NCBI GenBank assembly: GCA_963785725.1
Contig: CAWAWS010000007.1
Span: forward strand, 64,001-128,000
Origin: an uncultured delta proteobacterium
GTDB taxonomy: Bacteria > Myxococcota_A > Polyangia > Palsa-1104
Direction: 5' to 3'
DNA length: 64,000 nt
The position numbers were made by a program, and so were the translations under genes. Position 1 is the first letter of the stretch. Each line of letters starts with the position of its first letter. Below, piece after piece: positions 10,306 through 20,424 of the stretch. The notes beneath the pieces were generated by a model. That model was not told the DNA's origin. It saw only the letters and a program-made list of their open reading frames with translations, and did not search any database.

Positions 10306-11981
10306 TCAGCCGAGCTCCTCGAGCCAATATTCTTGCGGACCGCGCGCGTTGTCGTCGCGCCGCCGCGCCTCCAGCTTGCGCAGCTCGACGCGCCGAATCT
10401 TGCCCGAGATGGTCTTCGGCAGCGCCGCGAACTCCAGCCGGCGGATGCGTTTGTACGGCGCCAGCTTCTGCGCGCAGTACGCGAAAATGGCCCGCGCCGT
10501 CGCCTGATTCTCCGGCGTTCCCGGCACCAGCGCGACGAACGCCTTCGGCACCGACAGGCGCAGCGCGTCCGGGCTCGGCACCACCGCCGCCTCCGCCACC
10601 AGCGCGTGCTCGACGAGGATGCTCTCGAGCTCGAAGGGGCTGATGCGATAGTCGCTGCTCTTGAAGACGTCGTCGCCGCGGCCGACGAAGTGGATGTAGC
10701 CGTCGCCGTCGCGGCGCGCCTCGTCGCCGGTGCGATAGTGGCCGCCGGCCATGGCCGCGGCCGTGCGCGCGTCGTCGTCGCGATAGCCGCGCATGAGGCC
10801 GAGCGGGCGCGGCGTCGTCACGCAGCGCCACTTCGCCTTCGTCGCATTCGCATCCGTCGCCGTCGAGCAGCACGATAGAGTAGCCGGGCAGCGGCTTGCC
10901 CATCGAGCCGAGCCGCACCGGCAGGCCGGGCGAGTTGCCGACCAGCGCCGTCGTCTCCGTCTGCCCGTAGCCGTCGCGAATGGTGAGGCCCCACTGCTGC
11001 GCGCACGCTCTCGATGACCTCGGGGTTGAGCGGCTCGCCGGCGCTACAGAGCTCGCGCAGCTGCGCCGGCTTTTCCCCGAGCGACTCGAGCACGAGCATG
11101 CGCCACACCGTCGGCGGCGCGCACAGCGTCGTCACCGCCTGCTCGGCGAGCACTTCGAGCGTGCGCGGCGCCGAGAACCGCGGCGCCTCGTGCACGAGCA
11201 CCGTCGCCTCCGCGTTCCAGGGCGCGAAGAAGCTCGACCACGCGTGCTTGGCCCAGCCCGGCGAGCTGATGTTCTGATGCACGTCGCCCGGCCGTAAACC
11301 GAGCCAATACATCGTCGACAGATGGCCGACGGGATAGCTGGCGTGGGTATGCTGCACCAGCTTCGGCTGCGCCGTCGTCCCCGACGTGAAATAGAGCAGC
11401 AGCGGATCCTGCGCGCGGGTCTCGACGCGCGGCAAGCGCGCCGGCGCGTCGAGCGCGTCTTCGTACGTCGTGAAATGGGGCGCGCCGCCGACGGCCAAGC
11501 GCACGCCGAGCCGCTCCGGCTGGCGCAGCTTGGCCGCGCCGGTCGCGTCGGTGACGAGGTGCCGCGCGCGGCCGCGCACGATGCGATCGTCGACGTCGTC
11601 GGCCATGAGCTGCGTCGTCGCCGGGATGACCACCGCGCCCAGCTTCATCGCCGCCAACATCGTCTCCCACAAGGGCGCCACGTTGCCGAGCATGACGAGG
11701 ATGTGATCGCCGCGCGCGACGTCGTGGTCGGCGAGCCAGCGACCGAGCCGCGTCGACCGCTCGGCCAGCTCGGCGAACGAGAGCCGCGTCGTCGGCGCCT
11801 GCTCGCGCACCACCGTCAGCGCCGGCGCGTGATTGTTGGCGGCCAGCACCTCGAACCAATCCCACGCCCAGTTGAAGTCGTCGAGCGCCGGCCAGGCGAA
11901 TTCGGCGCGCGCGCGATCGGGATCGTCCCGATGGGCAAAGAGCGTGTCGCGCGCGCGACGAAAGGCTTCGGTCGGCGTCAT
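10306..11981 (-). CDS. AMP-binding acyl-CoA synthetase, with two frameshifts (about 11000 and 10820)
   Basis: YFTSGTTAQPK, SAGEPLNPE, DGYGQTET, YRTGD, GRGDDVFK and LPKTISGKIRR are distributed over three frames. Confidence 0.88.
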
Positions 11982-12029
11982 GGCGTCACAATATCGCCAA
12001 AAACGACGCGCCACGAGTAGCATTGGGTC

Positions 12030-12968
12030 ATGACGCAGCATGCTCGAGTGACCATCGACGCCGACGTCACGCCGCAGTTCACCGCCTGCTATTTGCGGCT
12101 CGCGGGCGACGAATGCGCGTTCATCGAAGCGCACACCGCGCACGCGCTGCCGCGGCTCATGGCCGCGCTCGCTCAGGCCGGCAAGCGTCCCGAAGACGTC
12201 CGCTACGTCGTCGTCACGCATGCGCACCTCGATCACGCGGCGGGCGCGAGCGCGCTCTTGGCGGCCTGTCCCAACGCGACGCTGCTGGCGCATCCGAGCG
12301 CGGCCAAGAACTTGATCGATCCGGCCAAGCTCGTCGAGGGCGCGACGGCGGTGTATGGCGCCGAGCGTTTTCGTACACTGTACGGCTCGCTCGCGCCCAT
12401 TCCGCGCGAGCGAGTGCGCACGTTGGCCGACGGCGAGACGTTCACGCTCGGCGACGCCGTGCTGACGGCGTGGCACACCGCCGGCCACGCCTATCACCAC
12501 TTCATCGTCGACGATCCGGCCACCAGCAGCGTCTTCACCGGCGACACGTTCGGGCTCGTCTATCCGGCGCTGCAGCGCCACGGTCGCTTCGCCTTGCCGT
12601 CGACGAGCCCGACCGGCTTCAACGCCGACGAGGCGCGCGCCAGCATCGCCAAGGTGCTGTCGCTGGGCGAGCGCTGGGTCTGTCCGACGCACTACGACGC
12701 GTACGAAGACGGCGCGACGATCGCGGCGCAGCTCGACCGCTTCATCGATCGCGCCGAGGCGTGGGTCGACGTCGAAGTGGGCGGCGGCGACGAAGCGCCG
12801 GCGGCGTCGCTGCAGGTGCGGCTGCAGGCCGAGTGGTGGGAGGCGATCGCCGAAGAGGCGCCGTGGCTGACCCCGGACGACCAGAAGCTGCTGGCGCTCG
12901 ACGTCGAATTGAATGCGCAGGGCCTGGCCTACGTCATCCAACGGCAGCGGGCGAATCCCGCCACATAG
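12030..12968 (+). CDS. MBL-fold metallo-hydrolase
   Basis: THAHLDHAAG, TAGHAYHH, FTGDTFG, PTHY. Confidence 0.9.
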   Translation: MTQHARVTIDADVTPQFTACYLRLAGDECAFIEAHTAHALPRLMAALAQAGKRPEDVRYVVVTHAHLDHAAGASALLAACPNATLLAHPSAAKNLIDPAKLVEGATAVYGAERFRTLYGSLAPIPRERVRTLADGETFTLGDAVLTAWHTAGHAYHHFIVDDPATSSVFTGDTFGLVYPALQRHGRFALPSTSPTGFNADEARASIAKVLSLGERWVCPTHYDAYEDGATIAAQLDRFIDRAEAWVDVEVGGGDEAPAASLQVRLQAEWWEAIAEEAPWLTPDDQKLLALDVELNAQGLAYVIQRQRANPAT

Positions 12969-13035
12969 CCGCGACCGGGACGTGTCCCTGGGACAGTCTC
13001 GGGACAGCGCGCGAACCCCTACAGCGGCGGCGATC

Positions 13036-14440
13036 TCAGTCGGTCATGCCGTCGAGCGCGATGCCCAGCTGCTTGATCCAGCGGCGAATTTGCACGCGAT
13101 CTTTGCCCATGTGCCGCGCCACGGCCGAGATATTGCCGCCGTTGGCCGTGAGCAGCGCCACCAGCTCGTCGCGGCGCGCGCGCTGCTCGCTCGTCAACGC
13201 CTTGGCCGGCGCCGATGAAGACGGCGACGCCGGCGCCGGCCCGACCGGCGCCGGATCGCGCACCGACGCCGGCAAGTGCGCGACGTCGATGCGCTGCGGC
13301 GACAGCGCCAAGGCCGCGCGCAGGCACTGCTCGAGCTCGCGGACGTTGAGCGGCCAGCCGTGCCGCAAGAGCATGCGCAGCGCCTCCGGGCTCAGCGTCG
13401 TCTCGGCGCCGCCGTAGCGGGCCAAGAGCGCGGCGACGAGGATGCCGAAGTCCTCCAGGCGCTCGCGCAGCGTCGGCAGCTTGACGACGAAGCCGCTGAT
13501 GCGCGCCACCAAATCGCCGCGGAACCGCTCCTGGCGCACCAGGTCGTCGAGGTCGCGATGGGTGGCGCAGACGACGCGCAGATCGACCGGCTGCGGCTTG
13601 GTCGCGCCCACGGCCAGCACCTCGCGCTCCTGCAACACGCGCAACAGCGCCGGCTGCGCGCGCAGCGGCAAGTCGCCGATCTCGTCGAGGAAGAGCGTGC
13701 CTTGGTCGGACGCGCGGACCAGTCCCGGCTTGTCGTCGTTGGCGCCGGTGAACGCGCCTTTGCGCGCGCCGAACAGCTCGGCCTCGACCAGGTTCTCGGG
13801 CAGCGCGCCGCAGTTGATGCTGACCAGCGTGCCGCGCCGCCGCGACAGCGCGTGCAGCGCCCGCGACACCAGCTCCTTGCCGGTGCCGCTCGGCCCCAAA
13901 ATCAGCACCGGCAGCGACGTGACGGCCACGTCGCACAAGGCGTTCAGCGCCTGCTCGAGCGGCGCGTGGAAGGTCGACAGCCCGGGCAGCTCCGACGCCA
14001 GCTCCTGCGAGTCGAGGTCGAGCGGCTCGTCGGCGGCGCGCGAAACGCCGACGCGAAAGAGGAAGAACGTGCGCCCGCACTCGATGACGTCGCCGTCGCG
14101 CAGGAGCTGGCGATCGACGCGGCGGCCGTTGACGACGAGGCCGTTCTTGGAGCGCTCGTCGACGATGACCCAGGCCAGCCCTTCGCGGCGCATGGTGGCG
14201 TGTAACGTGGAGACCCGCTGATCTCTGGATCGACAGCGACAGGCGCGTGCCGGCGCGCTCGACGCCGCGCCGCTGGCCGCGCCGCAGCGCCACCTCGGTC
14301 ACGTCGCTCAGCCGATGGCGCGCCGACGCCGCCAGCGGCCGGTCGCACTCGAGCAGCAGCACCAGCTCGTCAGCCTGGACGGTGCCGGGCTGCTGGCCGG
14401 TGCTGGAATGCGAAATCGTGCTCAGCGTCGCGTCCGACAT
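13036..14440 (-). CDS. FHA-domain sigma54-dependent transcriptional activator, frameshift near 14225
   Basis: FHA motifs (DQRVSTLHA, SKNGLVVNG), GPSGTGKE, GAFTGA, FLDEIGD, WPLNVREL and a Fis-type HTH. Confidence 0.88.
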
Positions 14441-14542
14441 ATAAGGAAAATGCCTCAAGCCGTTGCCTCAGTCCGTTGTCTGCCTGACGCTGACAGCAGA
14501 TTCCGTACCAAGGTAAATGCGGTGGGATTGACTACGGTTCGA

Positions 14543-17060
14543 CTATCGCTCGGGCTGCCCGGCCGCCAAGAGGCGCTGGCCGTGGCCGTTGCCGCCGAGC
14601 GCCGGCTGCTCGGCCTCGGACGGCCGCATCGTGATGCGCGTGTATTTGTGCGCCGGCTGATTCGACCCGGCCGCCACCGCGCGCACGGCCACGAGCACGT
14701 TCGCCTCCGGGAAGTAGCTGGCCGCGCTCTTGCGCGCGATCGGATAGGCGACGGTGCGAAAGCGATGGCCGACGCGCGTCTCGCCTTCGAAGTGGCTCGT
14801 GATGTCAACCATTTGGTTGTCATGGAGCCCGAGCTCGGCGAGGTCGAGCGGGTTGACGAGGATGACGCGCCGGCCGCCGTAGATGCCGCGATAGCGATCG
14901 TCCATGCCGTAGACGACGGTGTTGAACTGATCGTGCGTGCGCACCGTCGTCATGATGAGCTCGCCCGGCTTGAGGTCGTGCTTGGGGATGCCGTTGACGG
15001 TGAAGTTGGCCTTGCCCGTGGCCGTGCGGAAGTCGCGCTCGCGCGCCGCGTTCGGCAGGTAAAAGTGGCCCTGCTTGATGCGCGCGTTGAAGTCGTCGAA
15101 GCCGGGAATGACCTTCTCGATGTGATCGCGCACGACGTCGTGATGCAACATCGCCTGCCAATTCACCGGGCCGGCCTGGCCGAAGATCGCCTGCGCCGTG
15201 CGCACGAGAATCTCGGTGTCGCTGAGCAGCAGCTCCGACGCCGGCTTCTCTCGGCCCAGCGACGGGTTGATGATGCCCATCGAGTCTTCCGCCGTCGACA
15301 GCTGCGGCTCGCCGCCGTGAATCGCGCGCTCGGCGCGGCCCAACACCGGCAAGATCAGCCCCGTTTCGCCGGCGAGCAAGTGGCCGCGATGCAGCTTCGT
15401 CGACACGTGCACGACCAGCTTGACGCGCTTGAACGCCTCGGTCGTGTAGTGCGTATCGGGCGCCGCCGCCAACAAGTTGCCGCTGATCGCGTAGAAGACT
15501 TTGGCTTTGCCGGCGTGCATCGCCTGCAGCGCCTCGACGGCGTCGTAGCCGGGCACGCGCGGCGCCGTGATGCCGAATTCCTTGTCGAGCGCCGCCAAGA
15601 ACGACTCCTTCGGGTGCTCCCAAATCCCCATCGTGCGATCGCCCTGCACGTTGGAGTGGCCGCGCACGCAGCAGGGGCCGGCGCCAGGACGACCGATGTG
15701 TCCGCCGAGCAGACACAAGTTGACCACCTGCTGCACGTTCTCGACGCCGTTGGGATGCTGCGTGAGGCCGAGGCACCACAGAATGATCATGCGCTTGCTG
15801 CGCGCGATGATGTCGGCGGCCTGCTCGATCATGGCGCGCTCGATGCCGCTCGACTCGACGATCTCCTCCCACGTGTCGCGCTCGGCCGCCGCCTTCAGCT
15901 CGGCGAAGCCGGTGGTGTGCTGCGCGATGAAGTCGTGATCGAGCACGCCCGGCGTCTTCGCGTCGCGTTCGAGCAGCGCCTTGATGACGCCTTGCATGAA
16001 CGCCGCGTCGCCGTTGACGCGCACGGGGACGTACAGATCCGTCAGCTGCGTGCCCGAGCCGAGCAGCGCCGGCAACAGCATGAGCGGGTTCTTGTAGTCC
16101 TGCGGATTGGGATTGATGACGCGCATCAAGCCCACTTCCGGCATGGGATTGATCGAGATGATGGTCGCGCCTTTGTGCTTGGCCGCCTCCAGCGACGTCA
16201 GCATGCGCGGATGATTCGTCGCCGGATTGTTGCCGATGATGAGGATCGTGTCGGTCGCTTCGAAGTCCTCGAGCTTGACCGTGCCTTTGCCGATGCCGAT
16301 CGTCGCCGTCAGCGCCGTGCCGCTCGACTCGTGACACATGTTCGAGCAGTCGGGCAGGTTGTTCGTCCCCAGCTGTCGCGCCAGCAGCTGAAAGAGAAAT
16401 GCCGGCTCGTTGCAGGTCTTGCCCGACGTATAAAAGATCGCGTCATTCGGGCTGGCGAGCGCCTTGCATCTCGTTGCCGATGAGCGCGAACGCCTCGTCC
16501 CAGCTGACCGGCGTAAAGTGCGTCGCGCCCGGCGCCTTCATCATCGGATGCGTCAAGCGACCGGCCGCGTTGATCTCGTAATCCGACATCGCCAGCAGCG
16601 TGTCGATGCTGTGCGCGGCGAAGAATTCGGGATCGACCCGCTTGTGCGTCAACTCGTCGGCGATGGCCTTGGCGCCGTTCTCGCAGAATTCGGCGACTTT
16701 GCGCTTCTTGTCCGGGCTCGGCCAGGCACAGCTCTGACAGTCGAAGCCGCGCTCTTGGTTGACGCTGGTGAACGTTCGGAGCGAGCGGAAGACGCCCATC
16801 TCGCGAAAGCCGTACTTCATCGTGCTGACGATGGCGGGGATGCCGGCGGCCGCTTTGTGCGGCTTTCTCACCTTCGGCGCTTTGCGCTCTGCGGGCGGCT
16901 CGCCGAGCGCCAACGTGTCCTGCTCGCTGACGTAGAGGAGCGCCGATTCGTGCGGCGCGCCCTCGCGACTGAGCGTGTGGCGCGACTCTTCGTCCGGCGC
17001 GCGATAGTGGCTCGACGGCTCACCGACTTCGCCTCGCGGAGGATTTTCGCCGTTCGCCAT
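14543..17060 (-). CDS. FdhF/YdeP family molybdopterin oxidoreductase, frameshift near 16466
   Basis: GFDCQSCAWP, AEFCENGAKA, NLPDCSNMCHESSG, VRGHSNVQGDRTMG, RTHDQFNTVVYG. Confidence 0.9.
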
Positions 17061-17160
17061 GGGGTAAATCTAGCATGTGCGCGCCGCAAAGCCGGGGTCG
17101 ACTATCGTGGACGGCCCGCACGAGCGAGGTACCGGCCGCGGCGCGACGTGCTATGAATTC

Positions 17161-18528
17161 GTGGCGGTGGTGACGATCCGGTTCGTCGGCGGGACGATCG
17201 AGCTGCGCGGACGCGGCGCCGCGGACCCGCTCATGCCCGGCTGCCACTTCGACGAGCGCTCGGCCTGCCAGCGCGCGCCCGCCAGCAGCTACGCCGATAT
17301 CGTGCGCGCGTTGACGCGCGAGCAGGTCGCCTTCACCGACGAGGCGCGCCAGTATGCCGAGCTCGCCGGCGGCGCCGCCGTGCATCGCGAGCCGCGGCCG
17401 TATCAAGCGGAGGCGCTGGCGGCGTGGAAGGCGCAGCGTGGTCGCGGCGTCGTCGTCTTGCCGACCGGCGCCGGCAAGTCGCAGGTCGCGTGCATGGCCA
17501 TCGACGACAAACGCCGCGCCACGCTCGTCGTCGCGCCGACGCTGGACCTGGTGCGGCAATGGTTCGATCTCTTGCGCGCGACCTTCGCCGTGCCCGTCGG
17601 CGTCATCGGCGGCGGCGAATACAAAGTCGAGCCGCTCACCGTCACCACTTACGACTCCGCCTATTTGCACATGGAGAATTTGGGCGCGCGCTTCGGCCTG
17701 CTCGTGTTCGACGAGTGCCACCACCTGCCCGGCGCCGCTTACGCCATGGCCGCGCGCTTCGCGATCGCGCCGTTTCGACTGGGACTGAGCGCCACGCCCG
17801 AGCGCGCCGACGGCCGCGACGCCGAGCTCGACGAGCTGATCGGCCCCATCGCCTATCGCAAAGACATCGTCGACCTGGCGGGCGACTACTTGGCCGAATA
17901 CGAGACCGAGCACGTCGCCGTCGAGCTGGCGCCGGCGGAGCGCGAGGAGTACGAGGCCGAGCGCGCCATCTATCGCGGCTTCGTCTCCGACAACGGCATT
18001 CGCATGTCGAGCCCGCAAGGCTGGTCGGAGTTCATCATGCGCTCGGCCGGCAGTGTCGCCGGCCGCCGCGCCATGCAGGCCTATCGACGGCAGCGCGAGT
18101 TGGCGTTTTGCGCGCCGGCCAAGCTCGATTACGTCGCGCACCTGCTCGGCCGGCATCGCGCCGATCGCGCCATCCTGTTCACGCAAGACAACGCCACCTG
18201 TTATGCCGTGTCGCGCCGCTTCCTGATCCCGGCGATCACGCATCAGACCAAAGTGCGCGAACGCAGCGAGATCCTGTCGCGCTTCAACGAGGGGCACTAT
18301 CGCGCGGTCGTGACGTCGAAGGTGTTGAACGAAGGCGTCGACATCCCGGAGGCGAACGTCGCCATCGTCATCTCGGGCTCGGGATCGGTGCGCGAGCACG
18401 TGCAGCGCCTCGGGCGAATCCTGCGCAAGAAGGGCGGCAAGCGCGCCATTTTGTACGAGCTGGTGACGGCGAACACGAGCGAATCGTTCACCAGCGAGCG
18501 ACGGCGGGAGCACGTTGCTTACCGCTGA
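17161..18528 (+). CDS. XPB/Rad25-like SF2 DNA helicase
   Basis: PRPYQAEAL, LPTGAGKS, FDECHH, GLSATPER, VLNEGVDIP, VQRLGRILR. GTG start at 17161 or 17170. Confidence 0.9.
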   Translation: MAVVTIRFVGGTIELRGRGAADPLMPGCHFDERSACQRAPASSYADIVRALTREQVAFTDEARQYAELAGGAAVHREPRPYQAEALAAWKAQRGRGVVVLPTGAGKSQVACMAIDDKRRATLVVAPTLDLVRQWFDLLRATFAVPVGVIGGGEYKVEPLTVTTYDSAYLHMENLGARFGLLVFDECHHLPGAAYAMAARFAIAPFRLGLSATPERADGRDAELDELIGPIAYRKDIVDLAGDYLAEYETEHVAVELAPAEREEYEAERAIYRGFVSDNGIRMSSPQGWSEFIMRSAGSVAGRRAMQAYRRQRELAFCAPAKLDYVAHLLGRHRADRAILFTQDNATCYAVSRRFLIPAITHQTKVRERSEILSRFNEGHYRAVVTSKVLNEGVDIPEANVAIVISGSGSVREHVQRLGRILRKKGGKRAILYELVTANTSESFTSERRREHVAYR

Positions 18529-19729
18529 TCTCGTCAACGTGCGGCGCAAAGGGCGCGAGCTGTGTCTGATTCCGCTCGACGCCGCGCGCCGTCCGCGCGC
18601 GATCGAGCTGGCGGCGGCATTCCTCGGCCTGGCCGAGGCGCACGTCGGGCGCAGCCGCGAAGAGCTGGAGGAGGCGTGTCGCGCCGTCGAGGTCGCGCCG
18701 CGCGAGCGCCGCTTGGCCGACGGCCTGTGCAAGCTGGTCGAAGATCGCTGCCAATTCGCCGAGGACGCCGGGCTCGACCCGGAAGCGCTACGGCGCGACG
18801 TGTTTGCGCGCGCCAGCGCCGCGCGCGCCGGCGACACGTTCGATCGCGCGGCGCTGCTCGCCGCCGTCGCCGCCGAGCGCAACCTCACGCCCGACGTCGT
18901 CGAGCGCGCGCTCTACGCCGACCTGCGCGGCGCGCACGCGCTGCAGTCGGTGCAGCCGATCGGCGCCGAGCCGCTGGTCGACGTCTACGACTTGGCGCAG
19001 GCGCAGGCGGTGCTGTTGCGCGCGGCGCGCGTCGTCGTCGACGTCAAGTGCACGACGCCGGGCGCCTATCGCGCGCTCTTCCACAAGCTCAAGTTCCTGC
19101 GGCTCTTGTACACGATCGAGCCGCGCAGCGACGGCGGCTATCGGCTCGAGATCGACGGCCCGTTCAGCCTCTTCGAATCGGTGACGAAATATGGGCTGCA
19201 GCTGGCGTTGGCGCTGCCGGCGATTCGTGCGTGCGACGAGTGGATGCTCGAGGCCGATTTGCGCTGGGGCAAAGATCGCGCGCCGCTCGTGCTGCGGCTC
19301 GACGGGCGCGCGACGGCGCCTGCCGACGAGCCGCCGCGCCTCGCCGACGAAGTGGTCAAGTTGGTTGACGACTTGGCCGCGCCGGGGCTGGCGACGCCGT
19401 GGCGGGTGACGCCGTCGACCGACATCCTGCAGCTGCCCGGCGCCGGCTTGTGCGTCCCCGATCTGGTGTTCACCCACGCCCAAAGCGGCGAGTGCGTCTA
19501 CTTGGAAGTGCTCGGCTTCTGGAGCCGACCGGCGGTGTGGCGGCGCGTCGAGCTCGTCGAGCGCGGCTTGCCGCAGCGCATCTTGTTCGCGGTGAGCCAG
19601 CGGCTGCGCGTCAGCGAAGAGGCGCTCGGCGACGACTTGCCGGGCGCGCTCTTCGTCTACAAGCGCGTCATGAGCGCCCGCAGCATCCTCGAACGCGTCG
19701 AATTGCTGGCCAATCGCGTCACCAAGTAA
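18515..19729 (+). CDS. DUF790 / Bax1-like endonuclease
   Basis: N-terminal MLTADL, LYADL, YDLAQAQAVL, IDGPFSLF...KYG and a PD-(D/E)xK-like VPDLVF...YLEVLGFW. Overlaps the helicase stop. Confidence 0.85.
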   Translation: MLTADLVNVRRKGRELCLIPLDAARRPRAIELAAAFLGLAEAHVGRSREELEEACRAVEVAPRERRLADGLCKLVEDRCQFAEDAGLDPEALRRDVFARASAARAGDTFDRAALLAAVAAERNLTPDVVERALYADLRGAHALQSVQPIGAEPLVDVYDLAQAQAVLLRAARVVVDVKCTTPGAYRALFHKLKFLRLLYTIEPRSDGGYRLEIDGPFSLFESVTKYGLQLALALPAIRACDEWMLEADLRWGKDRAPLVLRLDGRATAPADEPPRLADEVVKLVDDLAAPGLATPWRVTPSTDILQLPGAGLCVPDLVFTHAQSGECVYLEVLGFWSRPAVWRRVELVERGLPQRILFAVSQRLRVSEEALGDDLPGALFVYKRVMSARSILERVELLANRVTK

Positions 19730-19743
19730 ACAGCTGTTTACTT
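19724..19743. repeat. Perfect 20-bp palindrome AAGTAAACAGCTGTTTACTT (copy 1)
   Basis: Read directly. It overlaps the DUF790 stop at a convergent junction and matches the copy at 61959 except for one base. Confidence 0.9.
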
Positions 19744-19762
19744 CCGAGCGAGGTCGCGCGAA

Positions 19763-20347
19763 TCAGCGCTTGCCGAGCGGCGCCACGACCGCGCGCAAGA
19801 GCTCGACCGCCGTCTCCGCCAGATCGCTGATGCGCCCCGCCTTCTCGACCTTCAACAGCACGAGCTCGTTGATGCCGCCGACGAACGCCATCGCCATCGT
19901 CGCCGTCAGCCGCCGCAGCTCCGGTCGCCGCCGCCGCGCCACGGCGACGAAGCCGCGCGTCAGCTCGGCGAACTCGTGCAGCACCTGCCGGCGCAGCTCG
20001 AGCGCGCCCGACCCGGCCGCGAGAATCTCCAGCAGAAACGTGCGCGCCAAGATCGGCCGCGCCTCGAGCACCGACAGATAGGCGCGCATCGCCGTCTCGA
20101 TCTGTCGCTCCCACGGCTGCGCCGGATCGACCGCCGACGCCACCGTTTGCATCGTCTGATCCGACAGCTCGCGATAGGCCGCCAAGAAGCACTCCTCCTT
20201 GGTCGCGAACTGCTCGTAGAAGGTGCGCTTGGAGACGCGCGCCTGCTTGACGATGTCGGCGATCGTCGTCGGTCCGTAACCCTTGTCCTCGACGGAGAGG
20301 CAGAAGCCTTCGATGAGCTGGAGGCGCGCGTGGGAATCCGCTTGCAT
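19763..20347 (-). CDS. TetR/AcrR family regulator
   Basis: KGYGPTTIADIVKQARVSKRTFYEQFATKEECF HTH. Divergent from the monooxygenase. Confidence 0.9.
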   Translation of the reverse strand: MQADSHARLQLIEGFCLSVEDKGYGPTTIADIVKQARVSKRTFYEQFATKEECFLAAYRELSDQTMQTVASAVDPAQPWERQIETAMRAYLSVLEARPILARTFLLEILAAGSGALELRRQVLHEFAELTRGFVAVARRRRPELRRLTATMAMAFVGGINELVLLKVEKAGRISDLAETAVELLRAVVAPLGKR

Positions 20348-20348
20348 C

Positions 20349-20394
20349 TGGTACCGCACAGTACCACACTCCAGTTGGTACCGCGCGGTACCAA
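20349..20394. promoter_or_regulatory. Tandem TetR operator palindromes
   Basis: TGGTACCGCACAGTACCA (20349-20366) and the perfect TTGGTACCGCGCGGTACCAA (20375-20394), both in the tetR/monooxygenase divergent gap. Confidence 0.8.
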
Positions 20395-20424
20395 GCGCCC
20401 GCGCGCCGCGTAAGGAGAAAATTC

